Assembly (NCBI GenBank): GCA_964016885.1
Contig: CAXHJY010001076.1
Location: forward strand, 61,345 to 125,344
DNA from: Eledone cirrhosa
Lineage: Eukaryota
Direction: 5' to 3'
Length of the DNA: 64,000 nucleotides
Translations under genes and position numbers: made by a program
Notes under the pieces: model-generated
What the model saw: only the letters and a program-made list of their open reading frames with translations
What the model was told of the DNA's origin: nothing
Database searches by the model: none
Shown here: piece by piece, positions 48,501 through 64,000 of the stretch
Numbering within the stretch: position 1 is the stretch's first letter
Layout of the letters: the number at the start of each line of letters is the position of its first letter

Positions 48501-48613
48501 GCCCGACGCTGGCGCCCTCCCAGCGTTTCACGCCAGCCCTTGGGCGAGGTGCGACGGAGAAGAGGGAAGAGGGGGAGACATTTGAGGCTGAAGGGGACAT
48601 CACTAGTGTGTAG
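45558..48613 (+). CDS. Opsin terminal exon (TM6-TM7-helix 8 plus ~950-aa low-complexity tail), xenopsin-like
   Basis: WLPYAIVSL (TM6); LAKCSVIWNPLIY with Lys six residues before the N of NPxxY, equivalent to rhodopsin K296 (codon 45671-45673); NNQL resembles the NxQ helix-8 motif of xenopsins/c-opsins. Frame open to TAG at 48613. Subfamily call is inference. Confidence 0.85.
46388..46980 (+). repeat. Coding 81-bp (27-aa) tandem repeat, 7 copies + partial
   Basis: ESAAMLEENLTDRTSLISSLQQQQQRC. Confidence 0.93.
47431..48250 (+). repeat. Coding Gly-rich repeat (GGGRSSGGGVGGGGGGV)n
   Basis: Direct reading; frame preserved. Confidence 0.9.
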
Positions 48614-51523
48614 ATAAAACCCTAGACTTAACCCTGTCCCAACCCCTTGGGCGAGGTGTGACGGAGAAGAGGGAAGAGGGGGAGACATTTGAAGCTGAAG
48701 GGGACATCACTAGTGTGTAGATAAAACCCTAGACTTAACCCTGCCCCAACCCCTTGGGTGAGGTGTGACGGAGAAGAGGGGGAGACATTTGAGGCTGAAG
48801 GGGACATCACTAGTGTGTAGGTAAAACCCTAGACTTAACCCTGCCCCAACCCCTTGGGTGAGGTGTGACGGAGAAGAGGGGGAGACATTTGAGGCTGAAG
48901 GGGACATCACTAGTGTGTAGGTAAAACCCTAGACTTAACCCTGCCCCAACCCCTTGGGCGAGGTGTGATGGAGAAGAGGGAAGAGGGGGAGACATTTGAA
49001 GCTGAAGGGGACATCACTAGTGTGTAGATAAAACCCTAGACTTAACCCTGTCCCAACCCCTTTGGCGAGGTGTGATGGAGAGAACCGGGAAGAGGGGGAG
49101 ACATTTGAGGCTGAAGAGGACATCACTAGTGTGTAGATAAAACCCTAGACTTAACCCTGCCCCAACCCCTTGGGTGAGGTGTGATGAAGAGGGGGAGACA
49201 TTTGAAGCTGAAGGGGACATCACTAGTGTGTAGATAAAACCCTAGACTTAACCCTGTCCCAACCCCTTGGGCGAGGTGTGACGGAGAAGAGGGAAGAGGG
49301 GGAGACATTTGAAGCTGAAGGGGACATCACTAGTGTGTAGATAAAACCCTAGACTTAACCCTGTCCCAACCCCTTGGGCGAGGTGTGATGGAGAGAACCG
49401 GGAAGAGGGGGGAGACATTTGAGGCTGAAGGGGACATCACTAGTGTGTAGATAAAACCCTAGACTTAACCCTGCCCCAACCCCTTGGGCGAGGTGTGACG
49501 GAGAAGAGGGAAGAGGGGGGAGACATTTGAGGCTGAAGGGGACATCACTAGTGTGTAGATAAAACCCTAGACTTAACCCTGTCCCAACCCCTTGGGCGAG
49601 GTGTGACGGAGAAGAGGGAAGAGGGGGAGACATTTGAAGCTGAAGGGGACATCACTAGTGTGTAGATAAAACCCTAGACTTAACCCTGCCCCAACCCCTT
49701 GGGCGAGGTGTGACGGAGAAGAGGGAAGAGGGGGAGACATTTGAAGCTGAAGGGGACATCACTAGTGTGTAGATAAAACCCTAGACTTAACCCTGTCCCA
49801 ACCCCTTGGGCGAGGTGTGACGGAGAAGAGGGAAGAGGGGGGAGACATTTGAAGCTGAAGGGGACATCACTAGTGTGTAGATAAAACCCTAGACTTAACC
49901 CTGTCCCAACCCCTTGGGCGAGGTGTGACGGAGAAGAGGGAAGAGGGGGGAGACATTTGAAGCTGAAGGGGACATCACTAGTGTGTAGATAAAACCCTAG
50001 ACTTAACCCTGTCCCAACCCCTTGGGCGAGGTGTGACGGAGAAGAGGGAAGAGGGGGGAGACATTTGAAGCTGAAGGGGACATCACTAGTGTGTAGATAA
50101 AACCCTAGACCTAACCCTGTCCCAACCCCTTGGGCGAGGTGTGACGGAGAAGAGGGAAGAGGGGGGAGACATTTGAAGCTGAAGGGGACATCACTAGTGT
50201 GTAGATAAAACCCTAGACTTAACCCTGTCTCAACCCCTTGGGCGAGGTGTGACGGAGAAGAGGGAAGAGGGGGAGACATTTGAAGCTGAAGGGGACATCA
50301 CTAGTGTGTAGATAAAACCCTAGACTTAACCCTGTCCCAACCCCTTGGGCGAGGTGTGACGGAGAAGAGGGAAGAGGGGGGAGACATTTGAGGCTGAAGG
50401 GGACATCACTAGTGTGTAGATAAAACCCTAGACTTAACCCTGTCCCAACCCCTTGGGCGAGGTGTGACGGAGAGAAGAGGGAAGAGGGGGGAGACATTTG
50501 AGGCTGAAGGGGACATCACTAGTGTGTAGATAAAACCCTAGACTTAACCCTGCCCCAACCCCTTGGGCGAGGTGTGATGGAGAAGAGGGAAGAGGGGGAG
50601 ACATTTGAAGCTGAAGGGGACATCACTAGTGTGTAGATAAAACCCTAGACTTAACCCTGCCCCAACCCCTTGGGCGAGGTGTGACGGAGAAGAGGGAAGA
50701 GGGGGAGACATTTGAGGCTGAAGGGGACATCACTAGTGTGTAGATAAAACCCTAGACTTAACCCTGCCCCAACCCCTTGGGCGAGGTGTGATGGAGAGAA
50801 CCGGGAAGAGGGGGGAGACATTTGAGGCTGAAGGGGACATCACTAGTGTGTAGATAAAACCCTAGACTTAACCCTGTCCCAACCCCTTGGGCGAGGTGTG
50901 ATGGAGAGAACCGGGAAGAGGGGGGAGACATTTGAGGCTGAAGGGGACATCACTAGTGTGTAGATAAAACCCTAGACTTAACCCTGCCCCAACCCCTTGG
51001 GCGAGGTGTGACGGCGAAGAGGGAAGAGGGGGGAGACATTTGAAGCTGAAGGGGACATCACTAGTGTGTAGATAAAACCCTAGACTTAACCCTGCCCCAA
51101 CCCCTTGGGTGTGGTGTGATGGAGAAGAGGGGGAGACATTTGAGGCTGAAGGGGACATCACTAGTGTGTAGATAAAACCCTAGACTTAACCCTGCCCCAA
51201 CCCCTTGGGCGAGGTGTGACGGAGAAGAGGGAAGAGGGGGGAGACATTTGAGGCTGAAGAGGATATCACTAGTGTGTAGATAAAACCCTAGACTTAACCC
51301 TGTCCCAACCCCTTGGGCGAGGTGTGATGGAGAGAACCGGGAAGAGGGGGGAGACATTTGAGGCTGAAGAGGATATCACTAGTGTGTAGATAAAACCCTA
51401 GACTTAACCCTGCCCCAACCCCTTGGGTGAGGTGTGATGGAGAAGAGGGGGAGACATTTGAGGCTGAAGGGGACATCACTAGTGTGTAGATAAAACCCTA
51501 GACTTAACCCTGTCCCAACCCCT
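48537..51523 (+). repeat. ~107-bp minisatellite (~28 copies) spanning the opsin stop codon
   Basis: Unit CCCTTGGGCGAGGTG..GAGACATTTGAGGCTGAAGGGGACATCACTAGTGTGTAGATAAAACCCTAGACTTAACCCTG. Confidence 0.95.
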
Positions 51524-52089
51524 GCTTTCCAAAGCCCCTTTTTCTCCCCATATATTATCGTCCACACAGCCTCAGTCTTAAGTCCAGTAGCTGATGTCGA
51601 CTTTAATTGTTTCGCTCTCTTCGAGTTACTTACACACATGTGCATCGAGTTTCCCCTCTTCTGTATGTTGTTTTTCGTTTTTTTTTTTTAGTTATTTTTT
51701 CCTTTTCTTCCCTTTTCTCTTCCTTCTGTTATATATTTCTCTCTCTCTCTCTCTCTTCCCCCCAATAACTTCCTTTAGTTATTGAAGCAGTGTGGTTAGA
51801 TATCTTATCTTTAATGCGTAGAAACATCCATTGATGTCCAGCAGACAACTGATGAAGGGAAATTAGCCCTTTTTCGTTTTTTTTTTTTAAAGTCTTTTTT
51901 TCCTTTTCTTCCCTTTTCTCTTCCTTCTGTTATATATTTCTCTCCCCCCCGCCCAATAACTTCCTTTAGTTATTGAAGCACTGATGTCCAGCAGACAACC
52001 GATGAAGGGAAATTAGCCCCTCGTTCGTGCTTTCCTCTTATTTATAAATACACCTTATCCAACAACTACACAACCCCCCTTTCTTCGAT

Positions 52090-52130
<41 letters not shown>

Positions 52131-52500
52131 AAAAACATGGGGAGAAGAATACTGCATGGTTGCACATGGAATACATATTATAAAATTAGTCCCTCATCAG
52201 TGATTTGCCAACGATCATTGGTATTTCATCGCATTAAAAATCATATACCTCAGGTTGGTGCAAGCAATAACTAAAATAAGCTATTGGGACAAGTGAAAAG
52301 CGTAAAGCGAGGGGGACAAGTATACAACATAGGAGCAAAAGCTAACCGAAGATATTTATATATATATATAAAACCAAAATTAAATTAAGGTTGTCATGTC
52401 TGAGAATATCGGAAATGTACGCCATACCCTCTGTAGAATAAGCTCAAAGATTATAAGGAATAAATCCGAGCATTTATTAGCATTCAATTAAAAATCGATT

Positions 52501-52538
<38 letters not shown>

Positions 52539-52617
52539 GAAGGAAATGTGGTAAGGAACCAGGTGGACCATAACGCACTAAAATACTCAATACTTAGGGT
52601 AGTAGAGTGGGTAATAA

Positions 52618-52742
52618 GAACGAGTAGGACCCCGACGGCTGAGCTCAAGCCGTTTTGACGGCTAATTCTGGACTAAAATCAATTTTAGTCCAGAATTAGC
52701 CATCGAAACGGCTTGAGCTCAGCCGTCGGGGTCCTACTCGTT

Positions 52743-52743
<1 letters not shown>
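52618..52743. repeat. Palindrome centred on a hammerhead-like stem II, with two 3' half-hammerheads
   Basis: Arms 52618-52679 / 52682-52743; GAAA-CGGCT tgagctc AGCCG-TC. A non-palindromic relative lies at 41467-41672. Confidence 0.8.
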
Positions 52744-52792
<49 letters not shown>

Positions 52793-52922
52793 AAAGTTCT
52801 ATTTAAAATTGTTGGGATACAACAAGTAAATATTTTTATAATTGATATAAAGCACTCGACAAATTTTTGGAGTAGATATACGATATTAATAAATGGAAAC
52901 TATATTTATAAAACCATATTTA

Positions 52923-52983
52923 TTTCATTATACATATTTCAGGGATACCACATTAAATTATGGTATGCCTTCGTCAGACAAAA
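52923..52983 (-). ncRNA. Minimal type-I hammerhead ribozyme
   Basis: TTTTGT-CTGACGA-AGG C ATACCA..TGGTAT C CCT-GAAA-TATGTA-TA|ATGAAA. Confidence 0.75.
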
Positions 52984-53020
52984 TACAATATATAACTTTG
53001 TAAAACTGTTATATATTGTA

Positions 53021-53081
53021 TTTTGTCTAATGAAGGCATACCATAATTTAATGTGGTATCCCTGAAATATGTATAATGAAA
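53021..53081 (+). ncRNA. Hammerhead motif with mutated core (CTAATGA)
   Basis: Inverted partner of 52923-52983; G5 lost, probably inactive. Confidence 0.5.
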
Positions 53082-53119
53082 TAAATATGGTTTTATAAAT
53101 ATAGTTTCCATTTATTAAT

Positions 53120-53178
<59 letters not shown>

Positions 53179-53199
53179 ATATACATATACATATATAAT

Positions 53200-53676
53200 A
53201 AACACATCAAACAATCCAGGGGATAATTTGTAAAGAGTGTAAACACATAGTTACCTAGGTAACTAATTAAAATTTAACGAGAACTGTGATTGACTACTGG
53301 AAATTACCGATTAATGGTGAAATATATTTCTTTATTTAATGAAATATATACAAAGGAGATTAATCATTAATTATTATTAAATTCCCGTCGAGGTTACCTT
53401 TGCCTTTCATCCTTACGGGGTCGATAAAATAAAGTACCAGTAATGTACTGGGATAATTGCTGGCCTTGTGCCAAAAGGTAGAATCAATTATTCAAAAAAA
53501 GGAACAAAATAAATAAATAACAGCTGGTTGTAGCAGAAAGACATGGCATTGTGATTTCCATGATACATTATTGCAAGTTCATATATTTGAAGTTCTCGTT
53601 AAATTTTAATGTTACCTCCGTAACTTTGTGTGTTTATACTCTTTACAAATTATCCCCTGTGATTGTTTGATGTTTA
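53200..53676. repeat. Imperfect inverted repeat (~53200-53285 / ~53590-53676)
   Basis: CATCAAACAATC..GGGGATAATTTGTAAAGAGT..AAAATTTAACGAGAACT versus its reverse complement; a repeat fragment lies in the spacer. Confidence 0.75.
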
Positions 53677-53689
53677 TTTTATAAACTCT

Positions 53690-54501
53690 GACCGGGTGAT
53701 GTGTTGTTTCCTTGAGCAAGACACTTTATTTCACATTGCTCCAGTTTACTCAGCTGTAGAAATGAGATGATAGGGACTGGGTGTCCCTATCATTCCATGG
53801 TGAAGTGGTCGTGGAGGTGCCACAGCAAAAAAGCACCCAGCACTCACTGCAAAGTGGTCGTGGTGGTGCCACGGCAAAAAAGCACCCAGCACTCACTGCA
53901 AAGTGGTCGTGGAGGTGCCACGGCAAAAAAGCACCCAGCACTCACTGCAAAGTGGTCGTGGAGGTGCCACGGCAAAAAAGCACCCAGCACTCACTGCAAA
54001 GTGGTCGTGGAGGTGCCACGGCAAAAAAGCACCCAGCACTCACTGCAAAGTGGTCGTGGAGGTGCCACAGCAAAAAAGCACCCAGCACTCACTGCAAAGT
54101 GGTCGTGGAGGTCCCACGGCAAAAAAGCACCCAGCACTCACTGCAAAGTGGTCGTGGAGGTGCCACGGCAAAAAAGCACCCAGCACTCACTGTAAAGTGG
54201 TCGTGGAGGTGCCACGGCAAAAAAGCACCCAGCACTCACTGCAAAGTGGTCGTGGAGGTGCCACGGCAAAAAAGCACCCAGCACTCACTGCAAAGTGGTC
54301 GTGGAGGTGCCACGGCAAAAAAGCACCCAGCACTCACTGTAAAGTGGTTGTGGAGGCGCCACGGCAAAAAAAACCCAGCCCACACTGTAAATGAGGTTGG
54401 TGTTAGGAAGGGCATCCAGCTGTAGAAATCAAGCCACAATCAGTTCCCATCCCACCCTAGCAAGCAGGGAAAAGCGGACGTAAAATGATGATGATGATGA
54501 T
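53690..54501 (+). mobile_element. SINE lacking head, with 49-bp array (~12 copies) and RTE-type tail
   Basis: Same family as 44351-44862. Confidence 0.85.
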
Positions 54502-54576
54502 TACATACAGAATTTTAATAATCGTCAGCAATTAAATGCATTAAACAAAAATTCGATTGTTTTATATTTTATGTAT

Positions 54577-54625
<49 letters not shown>

Positions 54626-54899
54626 AAGCAAGCACAATGCATAGATTTATACATACATGCGTGGGTGGTGTAAGTGTGTATATATATATATATGTATGTA
54701 TATATATATGTATATATATATATGTGCGTGTGTCAGTAGCTATCAGTTAATACCTTCTGTTAATTTGCCTCCCAGATACATCTTCAACTGGCATGGGGAA
54801 CAATCTGTGTGTATGTATATATATATGTGTGTGTGTGTGTGTGTTTGTGTATGTGTGTATGTGTATATATATATATGTATATATATATATGTTAATATA

Positions 54900-55205
54900 C
54901 GTGAACGACAAAGCATAAATGAATTGAGAGAGAGACTGAGCATAAGAGGAATCAAATGCTGTGTGCAGGAGAGGAGGTTGCGTTGGTATGGACATGTGAT
55001 GTGTATGAAGGATGACAGCTGCATAAAAAGGTACAGAGCACTAGAAGTCGATGGAAACTGCGGAGTGGGGAGACCCAAGAAGACCAGGGATGAGGTGATA
55101 AAAGCCGACCTTACCCAATTACACCTCTCAAAGGCGATGACACACGACCGTGACCTCTGGTGTCACGCAGTAATACAGAGTACCCGACCTCCCATGGGTA
55201 CAAGC
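54900..55205 (+). mobile_element. RTE-type LINE 3' fragment
   Basis: ELRERLSIRGIKCCVQERRLRWYGHVM..VDG..GVGRPKKT. Confidence 0.8.
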
Positions 55206-55238
55206 TGAAGCATATAGACAATATGCCCTCACACCCTC

Positions 55239-55801
55239 CCACTGCAAGGTGGTCGTGGAGGTGCCACAGCAAAAAAGCACCCAGCCCACACTGTAAAGTG
55301 GACGTGTAGGCGCCACGAAAAAGCACCCAGCACTCACTGTAAAGTGGACGTGGAGGCGCCACGAAAAAGCACCCAGCACTCACTGTAAAGTAGACGTGTA
55401 GGTGCCACGAAAAAGCACCCAGCCCACACTGTAAAGTGGACGTGTAGGCGCCACGAAAAAGCACCCAGCCCACACTGTAAAGTGGACGTGTAGGCGCCAC
55501 GAAAAAGCACCCAGCCCACACTGTAAAGTGGACGTGGAGGTGCCACTGCAAAAAAGCACCCAGCACTCACTGTAAAGTGGACGTGTAGGCGCCACGGCAA
55601 AAGAGGCACCCAGCACTCACTGTAAATGAGGTTGGTGTTAGGAAGGGCATCCAGCTGTAGAAATCAAGCCAGAATCAGTTCCTGTATGAGCAAGGCATGG
55701 TCAGCCGACCAGACACTGCCCACAACAGGACAACCCGTCTAACCCATGCTAGCGTGGAGGAACGGACGTAAAACGGTGATGATGATGATGATGATGATGA
55801 T
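55239..55801 (+). mobile_element. SINE fragment with 47-49-bp array and (GAT)n tail
   Basis: Same internal repeat; variant tail. Confidence 0.8.
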
Positions 55802-55861
55802 ATATATATATATATTAATTCAAAATATTAATAAATATAGACATTCATGTAATCAAATATA

Positions 55862-55923
55862 TTTTATTATATATATTTCAGAGGTACTGTGCTGTTTCTT
55901 TAGTACGTCCTCATCAGATAAAA
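55862..55923 (-). ncRNA. Minimal type-I hammerhead ribozyme
   Basis: TTTTAT-CTGATGA-GGA C GTACT..AGTAC C TCT-GAAA-TATATA-TA|ATAAAA. Confidence 0.82.
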
Positions 55924-55985
55924 TATATAAATTGATGTATGACATACCTCAACTGTGCTGTTGGTTTTATTCCAGTCTTAGCAGT

Positions 55986-56016
<31 letters not shown>

Positions 56017-57029
56017 GTATATATATATGTGTATGTATGTATATATATATATATATATACACACACACATGTATACATATATATGTATGAATATACATAT
56101 ATATATATACATATATAAATATATATGTATATATATATATACATACGTACATATATATATATATATACGTATATATAAATATGTATATATATATACATAT
56201 ATATATATACATATATAAATATGTATATATATATACATATATATATACATATATAAATATGTATATATATACATATATATATATACATACGTACATATAT
56301 ATATATACATATATAAATATGTATATATATATACATATATATATATACATATATAAATATGTATATATATACATATATATATATACATATATAAATATGT
56401 ATATATATACATATATATATATATAAATATGTATATATATACATATATATATATATAAATATGTATATATATACACATATATATATATATACATATTTAT
56501 GTATATATGTATATATATACATATATATGTATATATATAAATATGTATATATATATGTATATATATATATATATATACATATATATATGTATATATATAC
56601 ATATATATATATATATATACATATAAATATGTATATATATACATATATATATATAAATATGTATATATATACATATATATATATAAATATGTATATATAT
56701 ACACATATATATATATATATACATATTTATCTATATATGTATATATATACATATTTATATATATATATATATATATACATACATATATATAAATATATAT
56801 ATATATATACATATATATATTAATAAGCAAGATGTATGGTAGGTCATATGTAAATCGCGATGACCACGTCTGACCTACCAAATATGTGATGGTAGCTAGT
56901 TAAGCTCTATGCGTATAAGCAGAGCAGAAATATTAATGAAAGAGAACAAAGGAACTATTATGACATTATAACAAGTTTATTGCCGACAGCCGAAATGGCT
57001 GTCGGCAATAAACTTGTTCTTTTTCACTA

Positions 57030-64000
<6,971 letters not shown>

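Larger units (their letters stand above)
52882..53122. repeat. Palindrome (arms 52882-52996 / 53008-53122) with two divergent hammerhead motifs
   Basis: Same family as 11643-12003 but with a different fold-back point. Confidence 0.9.

Noticed and set aside
48614-48640. Telomere-like AAACCCTAG/TTAACCCT within the 107-bp unit
   Set aside because: Only two imperfect hexamers per unit; not a (TTAGGG)n array.
46111-48688. Long antisense and alternative-frame ORFs over the opsin tail (poly-C, T/S, H, V/E)
   Set aside because: Shadow frames of trinucleotide-based coding repeats.

Overview
Eukaryotic, extremely microsatellite-rich animal DNA. The repeat families and the opsin point to a mollusc, probably an octopod cephalopod (inference). 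There is one host gene: the last two exons of a + strand opsin (42609-42696 and 45558-48613) with the retinal-binding Lys and WNPLIY, xenopsin-like. It carries a ~950-aa repeat-built C-terminal tail whose stop codon lies in the first unit of a ~28-copy 107-bp minisatellite. The rest is mobile and repetitive DNA: an apparently intact Penelope-like element (RT + GIY-YIG, ~1.16-kb pseudo-LTRs) inserted in (TA)n, decayed CR1-type and RTE-type LINEs, tRNA-derived SINEs sharing an RTE 3' tail, and many minisatellites made by tandem amplification of TE-internal segments. The main hidden signal is about 16 complete or near-complete minimal type-I hammerhead ribozyme motifs plus several half-motifs. 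They belong to about 10 unrelated sequence families and sit in short non-coding islands between (TA)n tracts. They often occur as divergent fold-back pairs and once as a 241-nt tandem dimer. Most ORFs in the supplied track are microsatellite artefacts. All coordinates were read by eye and may be off by a few bases.
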